Shown piece by piece: positions 20,471-28,583 of a DNA stretch of 64,000 bases. The stretch is from an uncultured Eubacteriales bacterium (GTDB lineage: Bacteria > Bacillota > Clostridia > Oscillospirales > Acutalibacteraceae), in NCBI GenBank assembly GCA_964639205.1, contig CAZXCG010000002.1, forward strand, positions 3,692-67,691, written 5' to 3'. The notes beneath the pieces are model-generated. The model worked only from the letters and a program-made list of their open reading frames with translations. It searched no databases and was not told the DNA's origin. Made by a program: the position numbers and the translations under genes. The number at the start of each line of letters is the position of its first letter. The stretch's first letter is position 1.

Positions 20471-21826
20471 TTAAAGGAGTACTTCCTTCCACTGGTTGCA
20501 AGCGTCAACAATCTCTGCCTGCCACTCGTCAACTGTAAGGGTACCGCCAACGATTTCGTCCATGTTGTTGAAGAATACATCCTGTACATTGAGGTTGTCG
20601 ATAACTTCTGTTGCAGCAAAGCCGCCCTGAACGGAAGAAGCACCGTTGTCATATACGCTGTAGAAGAGCTTGCTGTCGCCTTCGAGAGTATCAGCAACAC
20701 CCTCTATAGGCTGGATAGCGCCGGAAGCAGCAAAGATAGCCGCAGCTTCGTCGGAATAGCAGAACGCCATGAAAGCGTCGGCAGCATCGGGATTAGCGCA
20801 ATCCTTGAAGGACCACATTTGCTCAATCCAGCTGAAGGATACAGGAGCGTTGTCGGGGTTAACAGCGGGAACAGCAGCAAAGCCCCAAACGAAATCTTCG
20901 GGAGTTGAATCTATCATTTCGTTTACAACCCATGTGCCGTTAGGCATGCAGATTGCTTTGCCGTCGATAACAAGCTGCTGGTTCAGTGAGAAGCTTGAAT
21001 TGTTAGCGTTACCGACTGTTGTGGGTTCTGTGTAATCAGCAAGCTTAGCTACTGTCTCGAGAACCTCTTTCATTTCGTCGGTGTCCCAGCCCTCATAATT
21101 CATAGCCGCGTTGAACATATCAGCGCCGCCCTGTGAGTAAATAAGAGCATACATAAATGCGTCGAAGTAACCGGCGGTCGGATATGTAAAGAGGTAGATA
21201 CCCTTTTCAAGAGCCTTGTCGCCGAGCTCCCACATTTCGTCCCAAGTTGTCGGGAAGGTCCAGCCGTTTTTCTCAAGAACGTTAGCGTTGTAGAACAAGC
21301 CGCAGGGGCTGTAGAACATAGGAGCCATATAGGTCTTGCCGTCTGAGTATGGGTTTGTAAGAACAGTGTCTGTAAAGCCGTCGATTATCTTGTCGGCAGG
21401 AGTGTCGCTCTCACCGGCGATTGTTGTGTTGAGCATATCTGTAAGATCTCTGAGGAGAAGGTTGTCTCTAACTTCTTCCGTAAGACCGTCGTCACGACCT
21501 GTAGCAAGGTGAACAACATCGGGATACTGCTCTGCCTGAATCTGAGGATCAAGGATTGCCTCGAGCTTAGCGTCAACCGTGAGATCAACAGTTACGTCGG
21601 GATAATAGTTGTTAAATGCTGCAACTACGTCCTCCCACATCTGTGAACCGTAAGCTGAGTCAAGCGCGTAAACAACAAGAGTACCGGAAATCTCTTTTTC
21701 ATCGGTAGCTGCATCCGTGGGTGCATCCGTGGGTGCGTCTGTGGTTTCTTCCTCTGTGCTGCCGCAGCCGACTGCCAAAGAAGCAACCATCATGGAAGCC
21801 ATGATGAGCGCCAAAAACTTCTTCAT
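20471..21826 (-). CDS. extracellular sugar-binding lipoprotein of the ABC importer
   Basis: Start moved to the ATG at 21826, giving a lipoprotein signal MKKFLALIMASMMVASLAVGCGS. Family-1 SBP-like sequence. Confidence 0.85.
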   Translation of the reverse strand: MKKFLALIMASMMVASLAVGCGSTEEETTDAPTDAPTDAATDEKEISGTLVVYALDSAYGSQMWEDVVAAFNNYYPDVTVDLTVDAKLEAILDPQIQAEQYPDVVHLATGRDDGLTEEVRDNLLLRDLTDMLNTTIAGESDTPADKIIDGFTDTVLTNPYSDGKTYMAPMFYSPCGLFYNANVLEKNGWTFPTTWDEMWELGDKALEKGIYLFTYPTAGYFDAFMYALIYSQGGADMFNAAMNYEGWDTDEMKEVLETVAKLADYTEPTTVGNANNSSFSLNQQLVIDGKAICMPNGTWVVNEMIDSTPEDFVWGFAAVPAVNPDNAPVSFSWIEQMWSFKDCANPDAADAFMAFCYSDEAAAIFAASGAIQPIEGVADTLEGDSKLFYSVYDNGASSVQGGFAATEVIDNLNVQDVFFNNMDEIVGGTLTVDEWQAEIVDACNQWKEVLL

Positions 21827-21920
21827 AATTACTTTCATCCTTTCTGAAAATGAAAAATAAATTTGCCGTATAGGCATTTGAATTGAAAGGTTAGAACTTT
21901 GCGCCTATCCTTTATGCTAT

Positions 21921-21949
21921 AGTATAATCAATCAAACACTTTTTTTCAA
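21921..21949 (-). promoter_or_regulatory. sigma-A type promoter for the LNB/GNB-type operon
   Basis: The minus strand reads TTGAAA-17 nt-TATACT, about 90 nt upstream of the SBP start. Confidence 0.45.
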
Positions 21950-22299
21950 TATTTTTGTTGCTCGAATTTTTATCTTTATTGCTACATTCGTTAAGTTTTA
22001 TAATATTTTTACCAAAATTGCCGCTATTTTTATGTCGCAAATTTGCCATAGAAGCTTTTAAATATCAGGCGGCGCCTGCCTTTCCCGCCGGAAAACGGGT
22101 CTGAGATTATCTTTCTTTTAATAAATATAATATAAAATAAACTAAATATAACCCGAACGCAGACGTCGCGGCAAGTGTTTTTATTCGGCAATTTATTGCA
22201 ATTTATCAAAAAAAGTGTTAAAATATCTAAAAAGCTTAAAAACATAAATATTTATACAATTATTGCGATATTGTGATAAATCGCGGAGGATACACCGTA

Positions 22300-23169
22300 A
22301 TGAGCAACCGGCTGTTTACAATAGACTCAAAAAACGACAAGCATTTGCAGGTAAATCTGCTCTACGTTTCCAAAGCAAAATTAGGAGCCGACTGGCACAG
22401 TACCATGCATTCGCATTACTTTACCGAGCTTTTCTACATAACTAAAGGCAGAGGACTTTTTGCCGTGGAAAAAAAGGAATTTCCCGTGGAAGAAAACGAT
22501 ACCGTCATTATCAACCCCGGGGTAAGCCACACAGAAAAATCCGCGGGAGACCCTAATTTTGAATATGTTGTCATCGGCATAGATGGCGTTTCTTTTGAGT
22601 TTAACGAAAATCCCGAATCGGAGGAATATTCTGTTTTCAGTTATAAAAAGAAAAAGGAAAGCACCGACTTTTTCCTGAATACGCTGCTTTCCGAGGCAGA
22701 CAAGGATTTACCCTACCGAGACGCCGCCTGCCAAAACATTATGGAGCTTATGGTCATAAATATTCTGCGAAGAACCAATTCCACGGTGTCGGTTGAATCA
22801 GTCAAAAGCGTAAACCGCGCCTGCCGCGCCGCAAAGCGCTATATTGACGAAAATTTCCGCAATCCCATAACTCTTGACGAGCTTGCCGCAATTGCAAAGG
22901 TTAACAAATATTATCTTTCGCACGCGTTCGCCTCCGATTATCAGATTTCGCCGATTAATTATCTTATAGGGAAGCGTATAGAGGAGTGTAAAAATCTTTT
23001 GGCTTCAACAAACTACTCTATTTCGCATATTGCGGGATTTATGGGCTTCTCTTCGCCTTCGTACTTTTCGCAGTGCTTCAAGCGCAACACAGGTATGCGC
23101 CCCGAAACATACAGAAAAAAGTTCCGTCTCTCTCAAATGCAAAATCCGCCGGAGGAAGACAATACTTAA
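22300..23169 (+). CDS. AraC-family transcriptional regulator (cupin sensor + HTH)
   Basis: 289 aa from the ATG at 22300 (GGAGGA RBS). C-terminal AraC HTH ..ISHIAGFMGFSSPSYFSQCFKRNTGMRPETYR. Divergent from the sugar operon. Confidence 0.88.
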   Translation: MSNRLFTIDSKNDKHLQVNLLYVSKAKLGADWHSTMHSHYFTELFYITKGRGLFAVEKKEFPVEENDTVIINPGVSHTEKSAGDPNFEYVVIGIDGVSFEFNENPESEEYSVFSYKKKKESTDFFLNTLLSEADKDLPYRDAACQNIMELMVINILRRTNSTVSVESVKSVNRACRAAKRYIDENFRNPITLDELAAIAKVNKYYLSHAFASDYQISPINYLIGKRIEECKNLLASTNYSISHIAGFMGFSSPSYFSQCFKRNTGMRPETYRKKFRLSQMQNPPEEDNT

Positions 23170-23223
23170 ACAGCGGCGGAGCTTCCGCGCAGAGCTGAAT
23201 TAAATTCCCCTTAAAGCCGGGCT

Positions 23224-24627
23224 TTAAGGGGAATTGCTTTCGGGTGATTCGGCTTTCTCGCTTAATTCGGCCACCTTCATCATAACGGCGCATTCGATGC
23301 GCTTGCGGTGCAGGACGCAGCCCGTTTCGTAGCACCCGTTAAGACTGCCGGTGAAATTATATGCGTTTGCCGTACAGCCGCCGCTGCAATACATACGCGC
23401 AAAGCAGTTGTCGCAATGAGGGCGGGTATAAATGTTGCTTTGTTTAAAACGACTGCGTATCTCTTCGTTTGTGATTCCGTCGAACACCGTGCCGAGCCGG
23501 AACTCTTCTTTACCTACAAACTGATGGCAGGGATAAAGCTCCCCCGTGGGAGTAACAGCAAGATATTCGCTCCCCGCCCCGCAGCCCGAAATACGTTTAT
23601 ATACGCACGGACCGCTTTGCAAATCAACCATATAATGATAAAAGGTAAAACCGCGCCCCTCCTTTTTCCGCTTAAGCATTTCAAGCGCAAGCTTATCGTA
23701 CTGATTTAAAATTTCCGGAATATCCTCCGGTTTAAGGGCATAATCCGCGTCCGGCGGGGCAACCACCGGCTCCATTGCAAGCTCTGTAAAGCCCAAATCT
23801 GCCATATGAAAAATATCTTCGGTAAAATCGGTATTATAATGAGTGTATGTGCCGCGAATATAGTACCCCTTGCCGCCGCGCTTTTCCGCAAGCTTTTGAA
23901 AATTCGGCAGTACAAGGTCGTAGCTGCCCAAGCCCGAGCGTGAAACCCGCATACGGTCATTGGTAGCTTTCCTGCCGTCAAGGCTGAGCACCACATTATA
24001 ACATTCTTTGTTTGCAAAATCTATTACTTCATCGTCAAGATTTATTCCGTTTGTTGTAAGGGTAAAGCGGAAATTTTTATTGTACTGCTTTTCCCGGCTG
24101 CGCGCATACGCCACAATATCCTTTACAACACCGAAATTAAGCAGAGGCTCGCCGCCGAAGAAATCAACCTCAAGATTACGGCGCGTACCCGATTGAGAAA
24201 TAAGAAAATCTATGGCTCTTTTGCCCACTTCAAAGCTCATAAGCGAACGCGCAGAATTGTATTCTCCGTTTCCGGCAAAGCAGTATTTGCAGGCAAGATT
24301 ACACCCATGAGCAATATGCAGGCACAGAGCCTTAACCGCAGCAGGGCGCTGCGCAAGCTCCTGCGCGAACGGACGGTAGACGTCCTCACTGAAAATCTTG
24401 CCCTGCCGCTTTAGGCTGTCTATATCGGACAAAATCTCCAAAATCTCGCCGCGCGTAACGTCCGGCGTACGGGCGTATTTTTCAAGAATCCGCTCGACTA
24501 TTTCATTGCGCGGCACCGTTTCGTACATGGAGATTACATCGTAAGCGACCTCATCCACAGAATGAACGCAGCCGCTGTTGCCGTCTATTACAATATTATA
24601 ACCGTTATTTTTATAAAGATGAACCAT
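23224..24627 (-). CDS. scfB: radical SAM/SPASM thioether-forming SCIFF peptide maturase
   Basis: 467 aa. CNLACKYCF radical SAM cluster; C-terminal SPASM Cys clusters (CGAGSEYLAVTPTGELYPC, CDNCFARMYCSGGC). The SCIFF precursor gene lies directly upstream. Confidence 0.88.
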   Translation of the reverse strand: MVHLYKNNGYNIVIDGNSGCVHSVDEVAYDVISMYETVPRNEIVERILEKYARTPDVTRGEILEILSDIDSLKRQGKIFSEDVYRPFAQELAQRPAAVKALCLHIAHGCNLACKYCFAGNGEYNSARSLMSFEVGKRAIDFLISQSGTRRNLEVDFFGGEPLLNFGVVKDIVAYARSREKQYNKNFRFTLTTNGINLDDEVIDFANKECYNVVLSLDGRKATNDRMRVSRSGLGSYDLVLPNFQKLAEKRGGKGYYIRGTYTHYNTDFTEDIFHMADLGFTELAMEPVVAPPDADYALKPEDIPEILNQYDKLALEMLKRKKEGRGFTFYHYMVDLQSGPCVYKRISGCGAGSEYLAVTPTGELYPCHQFVGKEEFRLGTVFDGITNEEIRSRFKQSNIYTRPHCDNCFARMYCSGGCTANAYNFTGSLNGCYETGCVLHRKRIECAVMMKVAELSEKAESPESNSP

Positions 24628-24638
24628 TAAAAGCTCCT

Positions 24639-24770
24639 ATAACTTTAGCGCGGACGTCCCCCGCCCCTGAGGCGGCGGGTTGCGGCTCGGAATTTAAGCG
24701 GGAGTTACAATTTGAAAAGCTGACGCTCCCCCCGCGCACGCTGCAACCGCAGCGTTACCTCGATTTAAAC
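24639..24770 (+). repeat. structured intergenic element, family 2, copy F
   Basis: TATAACTTTAGCGCGGACG..CCCGCCCCTGAGGCGGCGGG..CCGCGC..GCTGCAACCGCAGC. It shares the left module and the CCGCC-loop-GGCGG hairpin with family 1. Located between scfA and scfB on the opposite strand. Confidence 0.7.
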
Positions 24771-24771
24771 C

Positions 24772-24818
24772 TGTGCAAACAAAACCGCCGCACGGAACCG
24801 AACCGCACGGCGGTTTTG
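24772..24818 (-). terminator. intrinsic terminator/attenuator after the SCIFF precursor
   Basis: The minus strand has an AAAACCGCCG..CGGCGGTTTT hairpin followed by GTTTG, 9 nt after the scfA stop. Confidence 0.65.
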
Positions 24819-24826
24819 CGTTTGAA

Positions 24827-24976
24827 TTACTTTTCAGTCTTCTTTTCGCACTGCTGGTTAGCAATGCCGCAGGAAGTTTTGCACGCCGACTGGCAGGACG
24901 TCTGACACTCGCCGCAGCCGCCCTTCTTTGCGGATTCGGAAAGATTCCTGGTTTCAATTGTCTGAATTCTTTTCAT
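24827..24976 (-). CDS. scfA: SCIFF (six-cysteines-in-forty-five) ranthipeptide precursor
   Basis: Hand-translated 49-aa ORF, not in the track: MKRIQTIETRNLSESAKKGGCGECQTSCQSACKTSCGIANQQCEKKTEK. It has six Cys and the GGCGECQTSCQSACKTSC core. Confidence 0.9.
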   Translation of the reverse strand: MKRIQTIETRNLSESAKKGGCGECQTSCQSACKTSCGIANQQCEKKTEK

Positions 24977-25009
24977 ATTAACACTCGCTTTCTGAATTAT
25001 TTATAAGTT

Positions 25010-25038
25010 ATTTTAAAGGATTTGGCGCAATATGTCAA
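25010..25038 (-). promoter_or_regulatory. sigma-A type promoter for scfA-scfB
   Basis: The minus strand reads TTGACA-17 nt-TAAAAT, about 33 nt upstream of the scfA ATG. Confidence 0.55.
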
Positions 25039-25054
25039 TGTGTTGAGCAAACTT

Positions 25055-26479
25055 TTATTTTACAACACATATTTTACCGTCTTTTTCAATGCCGGCGCCT
25101 TGAATATTTACCCCCTGCGCTTTAAGGGAAAGAACGCTTTTAACGGCTTCCCGCGTAATCTCCTCCCCGGCTGCAAGCAGCGGAACGCCCGGAGGATAAG
25201 CATAAACAAAGCCTGCGGCGGTTTTCCCCACGGCTTCGCTCGGAGCGATGAATTTTTTTTCGGATTCAAGCGCCGTATAAGGGAGCATTTTTTGCTTTGG
25301 CAGCGGCAAAACAAATCGCTGCCTGCCGAAGCCTGAGTATGCAGAAATCCGTTCGTCTGTTTCAAGCAAAGCCGAAATCAGGCGGTGAAAGCCGCTGTCG
25401 GTGTCGCAAATTGAGGTTACGGCAAGAGCGGAGTCGGCGGTGTACATTTCGAGCTGCAATTTGTAGCGCTCTTTAAGAACGCGGTAAAGCCCGCGCCCGC
25501 TTATATTCGCCGCTCCGGCAAAAATATTGAGCTTCGACGGGTCACGGGCAAACACTTGACTGTAATTTTTGCAATTGTCCGCTCCGCACCCGAATACGGA
25601 AAGATGCTTTAAATTCGCACACGCCTGCGAAAATTCCGAAAGTCTGCGCGCATAGGCCGAAAAAAGCTCTCGGGAACGTTCTTGTAAAATTGAGACGCAA
25701 TTATCAATCCCGCACATAAGCACATACGACGGACTGCTTGTTTCAAACATTTGCAGCGCCGATTCAATCTCGGCTTCATCCACACGCTCCGTGCAGATAT
25801 GCAAAAGAGCGGTTTGCGTAAAGCAGGGCAACGTTTTGTGAAGGCTTTGCACAACCACATCAGCCCCCAAACGCACGGCGGATTCCGGAAATTCGGCGTT
25901 AAACCCAAGGTGAGCTCCGTGCGCTTCGTCAACAAGCAAAACCGCGCCGTATGAATGAACAATATCGGCAATTGAGGCAATATCGCTCACCACGCCCTCA
26001 TATGTAGGAGATGTAATCACGGCAAGACATATCCCCGGGTTGCACTCAAAAGCCGCCTTGACAGCCTCGGGCGTTACGCTGCCGCAGAAGCCGAATTTTT
26101 CTACGGCTGGCGGGCATACATACACCGGCTCGAGCTTGTTAAGGCAAACGGCGTTATAAACCGATTTATGGCAGTTGCGTGCGACAAGAACCTTTGCGCC
26201 GCGCTTTGAAAGCGCATAGACCGCACTTAAAATGCCCGACGTACTCCCTCCGGTCAAAAAAAATGTGCGGCGCGCCGAAAACACCTCCGACGCGCGGTTC
26301 ATTGCCGCAAGCAGAATTCCCGAAGCGCAGTGGAGGTCGTCGGTATCGTCAAGCTCTGTCAAATCAACGGAAAACGGCTCTCGGAGCGAAAAAAACTCCG
26401 GATTACGTTTATGACCGGGCATATGAAACGGGTAATACCCGCTTTGCACATATCCGCGCAGATCGGTTTCAAGCTTCAA
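25055..26479 (-). CDS. PLP-dependent Orn/Lys/Arg decarboxylase family protein
   Basis: 474 aa. N-terminus YYPFHMPGHKR and SLHKTLP (PLP Lys) are typical of the YaaO/SpeA-like major-domain decarboxylases. Confidence 0.82.
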   Translation of the reverse strand: MKLETDLRGYVQSGYYPFHMPGHKRNPEFFSLREPFSVDLTELDDTDDLHCASGILLAAMNRASEVFSARRTFFLTGGSTSGILSAVYALSKRGAKVLVARNCHKSVYNAVCLNKLEPVYVCPPAVEKFGFCGSVTPEAVKAAFECNPGICLAVITSPTYEGVVSDIASIADIVHSYGAVLLVDEAHGAHLGFNAEFPESAVRLGADVVVQSLHKTLPCFTQTALLHICTERVDEAEIESALQMFETSSPSYVLMCGIDNCVSILQERSRELFSAYARRLSEFSQACANLKHLSVFGCGADNCKNYSQVFARDPSKLNIFAGAANISGRGLYRVLKERYKLQLEMYTADSALAVTSICDTDSGFHRLISALLETDERISAYSGFGRQRFVLPLPKQKMLPYTALESEKKFIAPSEAVGKTAAGFVYAYPPGVPLLAAGEEITREAVKSVLSLKAQGVNIQGAGIEKDGKICVVK

Positions 26480-27449
26480 TGCGGCTGCCGTCCTCCTTTT
26501 CCGCCTTTGCGGCGTTATTTTCGTCGAAATTGGTAAGCTTCACTATATACACCGGTCTGTCCTTGACCTCTAAATAAATTCTTGCAATATACTCTCCGAG
26601 CACTCCTATGGAAAGCTCTGTAATGCCCCCGAGAAACAGTGTTACGCAAAGCTGGCTTACATACCCCGGCACATCTATGCCGAAGATAAAGGTTTGAATC
26701 AAAGTGACAACAATATATATGAAAGCAACAGCGCTTATTATTAAACCCAATACCGCCAAAAAACGCAGGGGCGCCACGGAAAAAGAGGTAATACCGTCAA
26801 TGGCGTATTTAAACAGTCCCCAAAAGCTCCATTTGGTTTTTCCGAATTCACGCTCAACATTTTCGTACGGAATCCACTTCGTATTAAAGCCGACCCAGCA
26901 AAAAATGCCCTTGCTGAAGCGCTGCACCTCGCAAAGTTCCAAAATGGAATCAACCATTTGCCTTGTCATAATGCGGAAATCAACCGCGCCATACGGCATT
27001 GAAACCTCGGTGATTTTATTGGAAAGTCTGTAAAACATACGCGAAAAGAAGCTTCTGACCTTTGACTCGCCTTTCCGGCTTGTTCGCATGGCGGCACAGC
27101 AGTCATAGCCCTCTTGTATTCCCTGTATCATTTGGGGGAACATTGTCGGAGGATGCTGTAAATCGGCGTCCATAACTATTACATAATCGGCGCTGGAATA
27201 CTTGAGCCCGGCATACATTGCCGCCTCTTTGCCGAAATTACGCGAAAATGAAATATATTTAACATTCTCAAACTCTGAAGCGAGGCGCTTCATAACCAAA
27301 AATGTTTCGTCGCGGCTGCCGTCGTTTACCAAAATATACCGAAAGCTGTAATCGGGTATGGAGTTAATCACTCTGTTTGTTTCTTCAACAAAGTGCGGCA
27401 GCACCTCCTTTTCATTATAGCAAGGCACGACCAAATCGATTGTTTTCAT
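26469..27449 (-). CDS. family 2 glycosyltransferase with C-terminal TM helices (GtrB/polyprenol-phosphate glycosyltransferase-like)
   Basis: 326 aa from the ATG at 27449 (AGGGGG RBS). VVPCYNE..VNDGSRDET..MDADLQHPP motifs; two C-terminal TM helices. Overlaps the decarboxylase start by 11 nt. Confidence 0.85.
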   Translation of the reverse strand: MKTIDLVVPCYNEKEVLPHFVEETNRVINSIPDYSFRYILVNDGSRDETFLVMKRLASEFENVKYISFSRNFGKEAAMYAGLKYSSADYVIVMDADLQHPPTMFPQMIQGIQEGYDCCAAMRTSRKGESKVRSFFSRMFYRLSNKITEVSMPYGAVDFRIMTRQMVDSILELCEVQRFSKGIFCWVGFNTKWIPYENVEREFGKTKWSFWGLFKYAIDGITSFSVAPLRFLAVLGLIISAVAFIYIVVTLIQTFIFGIDVPGYVSQLCVTLFLGGITELSIGVLGEYIARIYLEVKDRPVYIVKLTNFDENNAAKAEKEDGSRIEA

Positions 27450-27672
27450 AAAAAGCCCCCTGCGGCAACGGTATTTTTTTATCCGCCGCACATATTTAAG
27501 TATATCCTACGTACGGGTAAAAGTCAATTATCTTGTAATTTGTTTCTTTTCCCGTTCTAAAATAATTAAGAAAGAAGATTGAAGCAAGGCAAATTAAATC
27601 TGCCGGGAAAATGTTTAACTAAATCTGCGGAGCGGTTCAAATAGGGCGGTTAGTTCGTTGGCGTGTCTTTAA

Positions 27673-27699
27673 TTAGCACTCTGAGATAAAGAGTGCTAA
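27673..27699 (+). promoter_or_regulatory. CIRCE element (HrcA operator)
   Basis: TTAGCACTC-TGAGATAAA-GAGTGCTAA is an exact match to the CIRCE consensus TTAGCACTC-N9-GAGTGCTAA. Confidence 0.85.
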
Positions 27700-27900
27700 T
27701 TTTTCATAAATCGTTCATATCCGTATCACAAACAATTCGCAAAGGCGGCGTACAATCAAAACAGAAAAGGGAAAGAAGGTGAATCCGATGGGTCGGTCAG
27801 AAACAGCTGCAATAAAATCAGCGGTTAAAAATCTAACGATCCGCTGAACACGATTCCCGGTCTACCCCATCGGTATAGAGTTAAAAAGGGCGGACATAAT

Positions 27901-28048
27901 ATAACTTAGGCAAAGATGTACCCCCCGCCTCCAAGGCGGCGGGTTCCATTCTCGGAATCAGCGGGGGGATACAATCTCCCAATGTGATTTCACAGACAAC
28001 TAACGCTGTCCTTTGCCACGTTGAATGGCGGGGCAAAGCCCATTATTA
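27901..28048 (+). repeat. structured intergenic element, family 1, copy B
   Basis: (T)ATAACTTAGGCAAAGATG..CCCGCCTCCAAGGCGGCGGG..CTAACGCTGTCCTTTGCCACGTTGAATGGCGGGGCAAAGCCCATTATTAAA. It ends 28 nt before the hsp20 ATG on the same strand. Confidence 0.85.
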
Positions 28049-28075
28049 AACACAACAATTTTGGAGGTATTTATT

Positions 28076-28534
28076 ATGTTTGAACTTAGACCTTATCGCA
28101 AGCATCAGAATGAAATCGCTTACAATCCGTTCAGGGAAATGGAAGAATTTGAAAAGAAGTTCTTTTCGGAGCCGTTCGGCTCCTTCTTCGGCAACGGAGA
28201 TATTGCGGAATTCAAGACGGATATTACCGACGAAGGCGACCATTATGTTTTGGTAGCTGATTTGCCCGGATTCGATAAGAAAGATATTCATCTTGATATT
28301 TCCGACAGCACTCTGACAATTAACGCCGAGCGTCACTCGGAACACGAAGAAAAAGATAAAAAACAAAAGTACGTCCGTGTAGAACGTTCTTACGGAAAGT
28401 ACAGCCGTCAGTTTGATGTATCTTCGGTCGACACCGATGGCATAAAAGCAAAATACGAAAACGGCGTTCTGAAATTGACCTTGCCGAAAAAGCAGGAAGA
28501 GCTTCCCGAAGCGAAACATCTGGAAATTGAATAA
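28076..28534 (+). CDS. Hsp20/alpha-crystallin family small heat-shock protein
   Basis: 152 aa from the ATG at 28076 (GGAGG RBS). The track's start at 28025 lies inside the repeat. Alpha-crystallin domain DITDEGDHYVLVADLPGF..GVLKLTLPK. Confidence 0.9.
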   Translation: MFELRPYRKHQNEIAYNPFREMEEFEKKFFSEPFGSFFGNGDIAEFKTDITDEGDHYVLVADLPGFDKKDIHLDISDSTLTINAERHSEHEEKDKKQKYVRVERSYGKYSRQFDVSSVDTDGIKAKYENGVLKLTLPKKQEELPEAKHLEIE

Positions 28535-28540
28535 GCACAT

Positions 28541-28582
28541 GGGCGGTGTGAGAAATCACACCGCCCTTAATTATTTTGTTTT
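28541..28582 (+). terminator. intrinsic terminator after hsp20
   Basis: GGGCGGTGTGA-GAAA-TCACACCGCCC followed by TTAATTATTTTGTTTT. Confidence 0.8.
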
Positions 28583-28583
28583 A

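Noticed and set aside
28025-28075. N-terminal extension of the Hsp20 ORF, and small ORFs inside repeat copies (for example ATG at 60576 in copy D)
   Set aside because: The extension starts inside repeat copy B. Reading frames are not conserved between copies because indels shift them. The ATG at 28076 has a proper GGAGG RBS.
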